Position numbers and translations under genes: made by a program. Below, piece by piece: positions 1-7,862 of a stretch of DNA of 28,531 nt (the stretch's first letter is position 1; every line of letters starts with the position of its first letter). The notes under the pieces are model-generated. The model saw only the letters and a list, made by a program, of their open reading frames with translations. It ran no database searches and was not told the DNA's origin. This DNA comes from a virus (lineage: Duplodnaviria > Caudoviricetes), in the IMG/VR virus record IMGVR_UViG_3300025099_000102, positions 1 to 28,531 of that record; one strand, 5' to 3'.

Positions 1-2
1 AA

Positions 3-710
3 TATACTAACCAATCAGGAAGAGTAACATTTGATCGGATGGATGGAATTGGAACTGATACTGGCGTGGATTCAGCCAATTACTCTTGGATGTTCAAACG
101 TGCTCAAGGCTGTATGGATGTAGTTGCATATGATGGATCATCATCTAGTCAAAATATTTCACATAATTTAGGCGTTGCTCCAGAATTTTTAATTGTAAAA
201 CGGCGTCAAGCCGAAGACTGGACCTGCTATCATAGTATCCTTGGAAATACTAAATATATAACTTTAAATGATGGTGCGGCAGCAGGTACACTTAGCACTG
301 GCTGGGCCAATACAAGCCCAACATCTACTGTTTTTACCGTAGGCACTCATTCTCGGACAAACGGAAGCAGTTTTACTTACATCGCCTACCTATTCGCAAC
401 CCTACCCGGCATCAGTAAAGTAGGCGGATACACTGGTAATGGAGGCGCACAAACAATTGACTGTGGATTTACTAATGGTGCAAGATTTGTCTTAATTAAA
501 CAAACAGATGCTACTAATGATTGGCGATTATTTGACACTTTACGTGGAATTGGCGTAGGCAACGATCCTGTTTTAAGTCTAAATACCACTGCAGGTCAAG
601 ACCCTAACAAAGACTGGCTTGAAGCTGACAGCAGTGGCTTTAAAGTAAATACCAGCAATGACAATGTAAACGGGAATAATAATTCCTACATGTTCCTCGC
701 AATCGCTTAA
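3..710 (+). CDS. Tail fibre / receptor-binding protein, C-terminal part (5' end lies outside the window)
   Basis: The frame is open from position 3 (the ORF track starts it at 39). It has Gly/Ser/Thr/Asn-rich repeats typical of marine phage fibres (YDGSSSSQNISHNLGVAPEFLIVKRR; YTGNGGAQTIDCGF...RFVLIK; ends YMFLAIA) and lies directly before a fibre chaperone. Confidence 0.8.
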   Translation, partial: YTNQSGRVTFDRMDGIGTDTGVDSANYSWMFKRAQGCMDVVAYDGSSSSQNISHNLGVAPEFLIVKRRQAEDWTCYHSILGNTKYITLNDGAAAGTLSTGWANTSPTSTVFTVGTHSRTNGSSFTYIAYLFATLPGISKVGGYTGNGGAQTIDCGFTNGARFVLIKQTDATNDWRLFDTLRGIGVGNDPVLSLNTTAGQDPNKDWLEADSSGFKVNTSNDNVNGNNNSYMFLAIA

Positions 711-722
711 ACATAACTAACT

Positions 723-806
723 ATGGAAATTAGAAATCGATCAAATTCAGCCTCCGCTGCTCTTCATGCTAGTAGCGGCACTTACATGTTCCTCGCTATT
801 ACCTAA
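723..806 (+). pseudogene. 27-aa chimeric remnant: chaperone N-terminus (MEIRNRSN) fused in frame to a tail-fibre C-terminus (SGTYMFLAIT)
   Basis: Translated by hand: MEIRNRSNSASAALHASSGTYMFLAIT*. The first 8 aa are identical to the ORF at 809, and the last residues match the end of ORF 3..710. Confidence 0.75.
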
Positions 807-808
807 TC

Positions 809-1315
809 ATGGAAATCCGCAATCGTTCAAATGGTGAGCTGACTACTGTTAGTCAGTTCAAAGCATCACAACCGGATACCAGCTTCCCTAAGCAAATTAC
901 AACTGAAATCCTTGATAGCTATGGCTTTGACGCTGTACTAAACGGTCCAGCAGCTACTGTTACTTCACCTTATGGTGTTAGCATCCGTAGTGGCGTTGAA
1001 GAAGTCGACGGTAAATGGTTTACTAAGTTTATTGCTGGCCCAGTCTTTACTGACACTAGAGATAGCGAAGGTAACGTAACTACAGCAGCAGATAACGAAG
1101 CTGCATACAAGGCAGGTATTGACGCACAAGCTGCTAAATCAATTCGCAAACAACGTGACCGACTAATCGCTGAATCTGACTGGACGCAATTGGCTGATTG
1201 TCCACTGGCTGATTTAGATAAAGCTGAATGGGTAACATATCGCCAGGGACTGCGTGACTTGCCTACGGCTTCAGGCTTTCCACATACCATGACTTGGCCA
1301 GTTAAACCTTCTTAA
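809..1315 (+). CDS. Tail fibre assembly chaperone
   Basis: C-terminal motif IRKQRDRLIAESDWTQLAD...WVTYRQGLRDLP..FP...WPVKP, characteristic of phage tail assembly chaperones; follows the fibre gene. Confidence 0.85.
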   Translation: MEIRNRSNGELTTVSQFKASQPDTSFPKQITTEILDSYGFDAVLNGPAATVTSPYGVSIRSGVEEVDGKWFTKFIAGPVFTDTRDSEGNVTTAADNEAAYKAGIDAQAAKSIRKQRDRLIAESDWTQLADCPLADLDKAEWVTYRQGLRDLPTASGFPHTMTWPVKPS

Positions 1316-1323
1316 GAATCATT

Positions 1324-1488
1324 ATGATTGCCCTAATTCGTCCTGTTCTATTTACTTTCCTGCAATCTCCCAAGGTTAAACGATTGATTGTTGACCTTTT
1401 AAGGAAGCTAGCATCTACAACAGATAACACTGTTGATGATACCGCAGTAGATTTCATCGAACGTGGTTTATTTGGGGCTAATCAGTAA
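1324..1488 (+). CDS. Small conserved cyanophage protein, putative holin (54 aa, not in ORF track)
   Basis: Translated by hand: MIALIRPVLFTFLQSPKVKRLIVDLLRKLASTTDNTVDDTAVDFIERGLFGANQ. The TDNxxDD motif and amphipathic N-terminus are recalled from cyanophage holin-like proteins; lysis-module position. Confidence 0.7.
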   Translation: MIALIRPVLFTFLQSPKVKRLIVDLLRKLASTTDNTVDDTAVDFIERGLFGANQ

Positions 1489-1528
1489 AAACTAAGGCAG
1501 CCTAAATGGGTGAATCTAACACTTTAAA

Positions 1529-1804
1529 GTGATTGAGCTTATTGCTGCTGTTGCTGGTGGCCTTATCACGGTAAGTGGTATTGCCGCCGGATCTGCGATT
1601 AGAAAAAGCGGTGAAAGTCGCGATGTAATCGTAAAACTTTCTGCTGGGTTCGAGAATATTGGGCGTGAAATCCAAGCCTTGCGGCAAGATATGAAAGATG
1701 ATCGGCATGAGATCTATGGCCGTCTAAGCAATATTGAACAACGTATCAGTTCTTTAGAAGCATTCAATAAGTCAGGCTGCTACAACAATCCAGGACAGGA
1801 TTGA
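1529..1804 (+). CDS. Small membrane protein with coiled coil (holin/XhlA-like lysis accessory)
   Basis: Hydrophobic N-terminal segment followed by a heptad-rich tail (IYGRLSNIEQRISSLE); upstream of the endolysins. Confidence 0.6.
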   Translation: MIELIAAVAGGLITVSGIAAGSAIRKSGESRDVIVKLSAGFENIGREIQALRQDMKDDRHEIYGRLSNIEQRISSLEAFNKSGCYNNPGQD

Positions 1805-1824
1805 CTCAAGCGTAAGTTTTAATT

Positions 1825-1833
1825 TGTTATAAT
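1825..1833 (+). promoter_or_regulatory. Extended -10 promoter element (TGtTATAAT)
   Basis: Perfect TGn-TATAAT about 20 nt upstream of ATG 1854, in an intergenic gap. Confidence 0.45.
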
Positions 1834-1853
1834 AGATTTAAATTGATCTTCCA

Positions 1854-2012
1854 ATGATATTTCTAGACAAGCAAGCAAAGCGGGAACGTTTAGATATCTG
1901 CAAAGCTTGTGAGCATTTTCAGAAAAAATATAGACGCTGCAAAAAGTGTGGATGCATTATTGAAGCAAAGGCTGGTTTGTATCATGCAAGATGCCCTATA
2001 GGTAAGTGGTGA
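1854..2012 (+). CDS. Small Cys-rich, probably Zn-binding protein (52 aa, DUF6171-like; not in ORF track)
   Basis: Translated by hand: MIFLDKQAKRERLDICKACEHFQKKYRRCKKCGCIIEAKAGLYHARCPIGKW. Contains RLxICxxC...CxxCGC...CPxGKW. Confidence 0.8.
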   Translation: MIFLDKQAKRERLDICKACEHFQKKYRRCKKCGCIIEAKAGLYHARCPIGKW

Positions 2013-2013
2013 G

Positions 2014-2478
2014 ATGATTGCTACCTGCTGGCAGAGCATTGTTTTGATTGCAGCATTAGCTGGGGCTAAATACCCTAATCTTGTAAGCGCACAATGGGCT
2101 TTGGAATCAGGATGGGGTCAGGAAACTTCAGGTGTGCATAATTATTTTGGGCAAAAAGGTGTTGGCACGTTAAAAATGACAAAAGAATGGATTGATGGCC
2201 AATATTTAGATATTAAAGATGAATTTAAAGATTATAAATCGCCTGAAGCGTCAGTACAAGATTTAGTAAATAAATGGCATAAAAATTATAGAGGATACAA
2301 AGGTGTCAATAATGCAAATTCAAGAGAGGACGCTGCTTTAATGCTCAGCAGGCAAGGTTATGCCACTAGCCCAACATATGCAAATAAATTAATTAAGTTA
2401 ATGAATAGGTATTCTGTCCCAGTGCCGTCCTTAAAACCGGGCAATGACAAGATTAGTCAATCTTATAGATGCAGCTAA
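2014..2478 (+). CDS. Endolysin, GH73 glucosaminidase (FlgJ-like)
   Basis: GH73 motifs AQWALESGWG (catalytic Glu), NYFGQKG and GYATSPTYANKL. Confidence 0.88.
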   Translation: MIATCWQSIVLIAALAGAKYPNLVSAQWALESGWGQETSGVHNYFGQKGVGTLKMTKEWIDGQYLDIKDEFKDYKSPEASVQDLVNKWHKNYRGYKGVNNANSREDAALMLSRQGYATSPTYANKLIKLMNRYSVPVPSLKPGNDKISQSYRCS

Positions 2479-3154
2479 ATTTCACAGAGGCGAGGTCCAT
2501 CAGAATGACGCCTGGCTGGCCTTAGACGATACGTTAACGCAAGCACAGCGAGAATTGTTTACAAGGCTATACAGACGCTCACAGGTGCGTCCTAGACGTC
2601 ATTCAACCGATTTTCCGCTAGATGTTGAGTACTTCTATCAAAGAGATAGCTTGACAGGGCATGGAGAACGTTCTTGCCAGTCTTCAGCGATTGCAATGGC
2701 AGTTGATTACATGTCTCCTGGATTTATTTACGATGATGATGAATATTTAAATATCGTTTTACAGTTTGGCGACACTGTATCGCAATTAGCGCATAAATCT
2801 GCTTTGGATAGCATCGGGATCAAGAATCAATTTAGGATGAATGGCAAGCAATCAGATCTTTTAGACCTGCTAATCCGTGGTTATCCTGTTCCAATTGGTG
2901 TATTACATAAAGGCACCTATGACAAGCCTTCTGGAGGAGGCCACTGGATCACGCTAATTGGAGTCGACGATAATAATTTTACTGTACATGATCCATTTGG
3001 TGAAATGGATGTGGTTAATGGAGGTTATAAGAAGGCAGGGCCTACAGATGGGAAGAATGTTCAGTACAGCAGAGATCTTTTGATGTCAAGGTGGCTTATC
3101 ACAAGCGATTGCGACGGCTGGCTGTGGGACTTATCAATGAATCCGTTGAGGTGA
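2444..3154 (+). CDS. C39-like cysteine peptidase, putative endolysin
   Basis: YFYQRDS...SCQSSAIAM (Gln/Cys), GGGHWITLIG (His) and VHDPFG (Asp); lysis context. Confidence 0.82.
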   Translation: MTRLVNLIDAAKFHRGEVHQNDAWLALDDTLTQAQRELFTRLYRRSQVRPRRHSTDFPLDVEYFYQRDSLTGHGERSCQSSAIAMAVDYMSPGFIYDDDEYLNIVLQFGDTVSQLAHKSALDSIGIKNQFRMNGKQSDLLDLLIRGYPVPIGVLHKGTYDKPSGGGHWITLIGVDDNNFTVHDPFGEMDVVNGGYKKAGPTDGKNVQYSRDLLMSRWLITSDCDGWLWDLSMNPLR

Positions 3155-3155
3155 A

Positions 3156-3365
3156 ATGACACAACAAGTTATTCTAGATTTTCTCCCAGGCTATTACTGG
3201 GACGGTGTGACTATTAAAAGCACTGGTGCTGCCCTGGCTCCTACCCAACACATAAGCCCTAAAAATGGAGATTTGCAGTATTACGTGAGGCCAATTGGCT
3301 GGGGTCATTCTGCGTATATTAGGCACAAAGGGCTTGTTGCTTATATAGATAATGCAACAAATTAA
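3156..3365 (+). CDS. Hypothetical protein
   Basis: ATG directly after the peptidase stop; ends at the convergence point of the two strands. Confidence 0.55.
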   Translation: MTQQVILDFLPGYYWDGVTIKSTGAALAPTQHISPKNGDLQYYVRPIGWGHSAYIRHKGLVAYIDNATN

Positions 3366-3742
3366 TCTTGTGTCATTGTAGAGTCAGCCTGTTCAATTAC
3401 TTCTAGTAAGTAACGATGAACTTCATCAACGTCCCAGTCATATTCGTTATGAAGAATGCTGCCACAAGAGTTTAGTTCAACTTCATGATCTTCATTCCAT
3501 CCGCCAACGTCGATTGCATTATTTTTAATTTTATCGATGGAACTTACGACATCTAGTTCATCAATTAAATCTTGCTGTTCAAGAATAGATTTTAAATATT
3601 CTACACGACTTTTGTCGATTAGAAAATAAATTGCATGAGAAGAGTATACAGTCATTAATGTAAGGTTTTCAGTAAAATTATTGATCTTCAGCATGAGCCA
3701 ATTATTTATAGTAGCAAAAAAAATAAATAAAACTTCTTTCAT
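3362..3742 (-). CDS. Hypothetical acidic protein
   Basis: Coupled to dnaB by a TAATG stop/start overlap at 3742. Confidence 0.6.
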   Translation of the reverse strand: MKEVLFIFFATINNWLMLKINNFTENLTLMTVYSSHAIYFLIDKSRVEYLKSILEQQDLIDELDVVSSIDKIKNNAIDVGGWNEDHEVELNSCGSILHNEYDWDVDEVHRYLLEVIEQADSTMTQD

Positions 3743-5478
3743 TAGCTTAGCCCCTGACGTTCTTTAATTAGATCTTTAGTAGTGTCGCCTTCAACGAAAG
3801 AAGTTTCATATTGCATCCTAACGATGCTCTTCTCAATGAAACCTTTAATACTATCAAGGACTTCTTTGCCTTCTTTCCACACGGCTTGCCGGCCTCTGAC
3901 TTTAGAATGCCATACTTCTAAATCTTTATTAAGTTTATCTCCGTCCAACTTAACTTTACGAACAAGCCATGTTGCGTGTGAGACATGAGCTAAAGCATCT
4001 GTTCCTCGTATTTCATTTAACTGTGGTTCTGGATTAGAGTTTGTATCCATGCCGATCCTGTTCAGTTGTGCCAGTGTGAATAGGTCAATATCAAGCTCCT
4101 TTGCTGCTGTCATCAACTTGTAGGCTCTATCTTCTAACATTGCCGCTGGATTATTAGTAGATGCACCTTTATGCCTAGCTAGGGCATGAAAATGATCTAT
4201 TACTACTGCTCGCAGCTCAGGATGCTTAGCTTTCATTGATCGCATTGTATTGATGCAGGTTTCTACGTCTGCACCCCATGGAGACTCAACAAGAATTTTG
4301 CCTTGCTTTTCTTCCAGGATCATGCTTGTTTGGGCTACAATCTCAGCAATTCTTTGTTGATTTTGTGTTGCTCCAGGGAGTTCTAATTCACCAACGGTCA
4401 CATAGCCATAGTCGTCGCCAGCATTTCTCCACCAGCGATTACCAAAGAATTGACGACTGAGGTTTGCAATAATCCGTGCTTCGATTGATCTAGAATCAAG
4501 TTCTGCTGAAACAAAGCCGACAGTTAGTCCACCCTTAGCTAAGGATGCTGCAACCTGGACACCTAAGGCAGTTTTACCGACACCAGTGCGAGCACCTATA
4601 ACAAGTAAGCGTCCTGCCCTTGGCATGTTTGGCCTTGGTGGTGATACTCCTCCATCTATATCAATATCGAAGGCATTGACGCCAGTAGACACCGGACGGT
4701 CTTGTGATTCTGCTTTGATGATGTAATCAGTCCAGTTGAGACGGCCGGAGCCTGGATCACCAATAATTGATTGAGTTAGATCAGTGACTTGGCCTTGATT
4801 GCCAATTGAGCCACTGAGCATACTGATGCCATCCATTGTTCTTTGATGGATAAATTCAAGTGCCTTTTCTAGCTTTGGATCTGTCTTAAGAGATTGGCCA
4901 GCGAGGTATATGGTTTCTTTATAAAGCGATAATGCTCTTTTTTGCTTCAAAATATCAAGAGCAGTTGACCACTCTGTCGATTGATCGCCGTATGCCTTCA
5001 TTGTCTCCTCAGATGTCAGTTCTGATATTGTTGTGCAAAAGTCAGAAAACAAAACATCACGGTTAGTGGGGTTCATCTGCTCATAGCCTGTAATGAGGCT
5101 ATTTTTTGAAATCGTGCTGCCTGTGCGCTCACCTATGAACGTCATATCAATCTCTTTGCCGATGGCACGGAAGCAAGGATTACTCCATAAGTGAGCAGGC
5201 AGTTCTTGACCATGGCCAACACCAAATGCAATACGAAACTTTGACCAAAGGTCTCTTGATATACCGCTAGGTGAAATTAGAATTCGACAAAGGATGATGG
5301 CTTCTTGGTCAGTAGTGTCTTCTCTGTCGGCAATTGTTGTTGGCTGAAGCTTCTCAACTAATCGAGCAGTACCGACAGTGGTCTCAATAGCTTCTTTGTT
5401 GACTTCAATAATTTTGCCATCTTCAATCTTCAATAAACCAAGATCGACAGCTTTTTGTACATAAAACGGTAGTTCCAT
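3742..5478 (-). CDS. dnaB: DnaB-like replicative helicase (SF4)
   Basis: Walker A GARTGVGKT, FVSAEL, Walker B VVIDHFH, LAQLNR, EIRGTDALAHVSH, and the K-x-R finger (SKVRG). Start placed at 5478 (MELPF; TAATG overlap with the initiator stop); the ORF track gives 5493. Confidence 0.92.
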   Translation of the reverse strand: MELPFYVQKAVDLGLLKIEDGKIIEVNKEAIETTVGTARLVEKLQPTTIADREDTTDQEAIILCRILISPSGISRDLWSKFRIAFGVGHGQELPAHLWSNPCFRAIGKEIDMTFIGERTGSTISKNSLITGYEQMNPTNRDVLFSDFCTTISELTSEETMKAYGDQSTEWSTALDILKQKRALSLYKETIYLAGQSLKTDPKLEKALEFIHQRTMDGISMLSGSIGNQGQVTDLTQSIIGDPGSGRLNWTDYIIKAESQDRPVSTGVNAFDIDIDGGVSPPRPNMPRAGRLLVIGARTGVGKTALGVQVAASLAKGGLTVGFVSAELDSRSIEARIIANLSRQFFGNRWWRNAGDDYGYVTVGELELPGATQNQQRIAEIVAQTSMILEEKQGKILVESPWGADVETCINTMRSMKAKHPELRAVVIDHFHALARHKGASTNNPAAMLEDRAYKLMTAAKELDIDLFTLAQLNRIGMDTNSNPEPQLNEIRGTDALAHVSHATWLVRKVKLDGDKLNKDLEVWHSKVRGRQAVWKEGKEVLDSIKGFIEKSIVRMQYETSFVEGDTTKDLIKERQGLS

Positions 5479-6425
5479 TAGATGTCCTCCCATTTAATGC
5501 CAGTTTCTGCAAGCGACTTTATATCCTCAGCTTTTAATCTAATAAATCTTTTTGTGCAATCGTCATTCGGATCATTCATTCTAATTTGATAATCCAATGC
5601 TTTAATGCTATCGATAAGTACCTGTTGATTTTCGCCATATTCTACAGGTTTTTCTTCTGCAGGCTTGTCGTCATAAGACTCACCATCTAAATATAAATTT
5701 TCAACATTTTTCATTTTAGTGTCATTTGGGCTTCCATAGCCAAAAACAGCATTAAAATTTCTAGATGACTTGTCAACAGTTCTAGTCCAGAAATTACTTG
5801 CTTTTAAGCCTCTGCAAACAGCACAGATAAATTCTGCCAACTCTTTCTTTTCCAGGCCAAGGTTTTTTAGATGCTTATTGGCGCATTCTTTTTGCTTAGT
5901 TGACAGCACTCTAATTTTTGAGAAAGTTTCAGGCCTGCAGGCATTCCAAGCTTCGATGATGATTGTTTTTTCGTTGATAATTTCTTTTGGCTTTATTGTA
6001 TCTTTTGTTACAGTTTTGACCAGTTCTATCTTTTCTACAGGCTCTCCTCTGAGCTTATTGCATTCTTGGCAAATTTCGTCAGCAACAAAACGCCGAGATG
6101 TCTCATAAGCAGTCACAGGATCATGCATTGTCACCGTTTTGCCGTCAGAACTTATTGAAATAAATCCTTCTTCTTCTAGTTGCGCTAAGCATTCACGACG
6201 ATTTTTTGTACCACAGCCCATCTTTAGCTCACACGAATGCCAAGAAATCTGCCTGGAATTGCGTTCAGTTGAAGCCAGCCAACACCACAACAGCCTTGCT
6301 TGTCCGCTTAGGCGTGAGTTGAACAATATTTCGTCAATAGGTGCCTTTATCCAGCCGGACTGAAGTTGAAAGTCAAGGTCTATTTGTGCCAGTCGGCCAA
6401 TTGGTGGCTTATGCCGTGGATTCAT
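5478..6425 (-). CDS. Putative phage replication initiator (N-terminal winged HTH, lambda O-like layout)
   Basis: N-terminal ILFNSRLSGQARLLWCWL...RRECLAQLEEEGFI wHTH pattern and a C-terminal IIEAWN...SNFW...NFNAVF domain; coupled to dnaB and adjacent to iteron-like repeats. Confidence 0.72.
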   Translation of the reverse strand: MNPRHKPPIGRLAQIDLDFQLQSGWIKAPIDEILFNSRLSGQARLLWCWLASTERNSRQISWHSCELKMGCGTKNRRECLAQLEEEGFISISSDGKTVTMHDPVTAYETSRRFVADEICQECNKLRGEPVEKIELVKTVTKDTIKPKEIINEKTIIIEAWNACRPETFSKIRVLSTKQKECANKHLKNLGLEKKELAEFICAVCRGLKASNFWTRTVDKSSRNFNAVFGYGSPNDTKMKNVENLYLDGESYDDKPAEEKPVEYGENQQVLIDSIKALDYQIRMNDPNDDCTKRFIRLKAEDIKSLAETGIKWEDI

Positions 6426-6502
6426 GGATTTTTATCGATGTCTGAACGTTAGGGGGGTTGTCAACAGGGGGGTATCCAAGAAGGGGGGTGTCTTCAGGAC
6501 AG

Positions 6503-6590
6503 GGTGTCCTCAGGTAACCCTAAAGGTATCCTCAGGTAACCCTAAAGGTGTCCTCAGGTAACCTTTGGGGGTATCCTCAGGATACCCCCA
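6503..6590. repeat. Tandem 22-bp iteron/operator array ending in a 25-bp palindrome
   Basis: GGTGTCCTCAGGTAACCCTAAA (6503), GGTATCCTCAGGTAACCCTAAA (6525), GGTGTCCTCAGGTAACCTTTGG (6547), then TGGGGGTATCCT-C-AGGATACCCCCA (6566-6590). Degenerate copies lie upstream (about 6470-6500). Confidence 0.9.
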
Positions 6591-6649
6591 TCTATATAGA
6601 TTGATTTAGAAGAATAAAAGAAATAGAATTAATACAACGCGCGAGGGCA

Positions 6650-7057
6650 ATGGAAAAAGACGGCCGCCGGAACAAAAAAGGAGAAACTTGGCAAGAAGCC
6701 AAGAGGAGATACAACCGGAAGTACTACAAGAAAAACCAAGACCAACTCAAAGAGGCCCAGAAGGCCCGTGAAGCGGCCAAAAGACGCGCTCAGGTACTAC
6801 GACGAGAAAAGGCGAAGAAAGCTCGCCTACAGGGCCTTGCAAAGGGCAGAGAGGTGCAAAAGAAAAAACAAGAAAAATGGGATGAGCTAGGCGTCATCGT
6901 TGCAAGAATGAATTTGCATGCCGGACTAAGTCAAAAAGAGATCTTCCGAATCCTGCAAGGATTGGCTAGCAGTCGTCAGATTTCTCAGTGGATTGCAAGA
7001 GGTAAAAAGACTGTTAGGTTGAAAAGACCAACAGACAATTCTTCAAAAAATGGCTGA
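6650..7057 (+). CDS. Basic putative DNA-binding protein with C-terminal HTH
   Basis: Very K/R-rich helix followed by GLSQKEIFRILQGLASSRQISQWIARG (HTH-like); first gene right of the repeat array. Confidence 0.6.
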   Translation: MEKDGRRNKKGETWQEAKRRYNRKYYKKNQDQLKEAQKAREAAKRRAQVLRREKAKKARLQGLAKGREVQKKKQEKWDELGVIVARMNLHAGLSQKEIFRILQGLASSRQISQWIARGKKTVRLKRPTDNSSKNG

Positions 7058-7721
7058 TCTACCTAATCTCAAAGGTGTTGCAACCCAAGATTTAGTTGAA
7101 ACAATTGGGAATGGTCGTTTTCAGGCCAGTTACATCAACTGGAGCCGGACGATGCAGCTGTTCCGCGAAAATGCCAGTGGATGGACCGTTGAGGCTGTAT
7201 TTAATCCTGATGGAACACTTCTCCATCGCGCACCAGTCGGTGGCTATTTATTGCTGCGACTTCGTCATTTAGATGGAACAAAGACTCCTGAAGTACCTCA
7301 GGCAATCATGGACAACCGCAATCAATCAATTGCGTATGACAAAATCACTGCGCGAGACATCACTGATACGCATCGCCGGGGTTCCTGCTTAGTACTTGCA
7401 TTCCAGACAGGACTGGCTCATGAGCTATGGGCGAAGATGCCTCTTGAGAATGGTTATCAAGTAGCCGATGACCAGGAGATCAAGCAGGTAAAGTCCCAGT
7501 CGACGACGACGAAGTCTGCTTCGGCCACTGCGGAGGTTGCCAAGGCATCTAAGAAAGACTTTGTGGCTATTGCTGAAAAGATGGGTTTAGTGGAACCTGC
7601 TATTAAGTCTTTGATGGCTAAAGTTGATGACAACTTCGATGTTGGTATCAAGACCCTGAAGTCAAAGGACAAAGACTTTGTTTTGAAACTAAACGAGTCC
7701 TTTCAAGCCAGTGGTTACTGA
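7050..7721 (+). CDS. Sak3/DUF1071-like single-strand annealing protein
   Basis: SYINWSRT...QAIMDNRNQSI...ITARDITDTHRR...GLAHELW pattern of DUF1071; same operon as SSB and the RecE-like nuclease. Confidence 0.75.
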   Translation: MADLPNLKGVATQDLVETIGNGRFQASYINWSRTMQLFRENASGWTVEAVFNPDGTLLHRAPVGGYLLLRLRHLDGTKTPEVPQAIMDNRNQSIAYDKITARDITDTHRRGSCLVLAFQTGLAHELWAKMPLENGYQVADDQEIKQVKSQSTTTKSASATAEVAKASKKDFVAIAEKMGLVEPAIKSLMAKVDDNFDVGIKTLKSKDKDFVLKLNESFQASGY

Positions 7722-7791
7722 CCCTGACTGGGAAATTAACGAGGCCGCGCAAAGCATTGCTTTGTTCTTTAGCGGCATAATTGTTAAATAA
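7711..7791 (+). CDS. 26-aa peptide resembling the DnaX (tau) C-terminal tail (not in ORF track)
   Basis: GTG-started MVTDPDWEINEAAQSIALFFSGIIVK*. It overlaps the SSAP stop and fills the gap up to the terminator. Confidence 0.55.
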   Translation: MVTDPDWEINEAAQSIALFFSGIIVK

Positions 7792-7805
7792 AGCTACTAA
7801 TAGAC

Positions 7806-7828
7806 AAAGGGGTTGACACCCCTTTTTT
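7806..7828 (+). terminator. Rho-independent terminator
   Basis: AAAGGGGT-TGAC-ACCCCTTT hairpin followed by a T tract. Confidence 0.75.
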
Positions 7829-7840
7829 ATTGACTAAAAT
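7813..7840 (+). promoter_or_regulatory. Sigma-70 type promoter TTGACA-N16-TAAAAT for the sigma gene
   Basis: Perfect -35 at 7813-7818 and TAAAAT at 7835-7840; implies the downstream gene starts at the in-frame GTG 7863. Confidence 0.55.
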
Positions 7841-7862
7841 TTATGAAGTTAGTTATTCACCA

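Noticed and set aside
687-838. Diversity-generating retroelement TR/VR pair at the tail-fibre end
   Set aside because: The repeat is short, the differences are mostly synonymous and not adenine-specific, and no reverse transcriptase is in the window.
2014-2080. Signal/SAR sequence on the GH73 lysin
   Set aside because: The hydrophobic stretch is short and runs directly into the first helix of the GH73 domain, so export cannot be supported from sequence alone.
6503-6590. CRISPR mini-array
   Set aside because: The units are head-to-tail 22-mers with no unique spacers, and no cas genes are present; iteron/operator repeats fit better.
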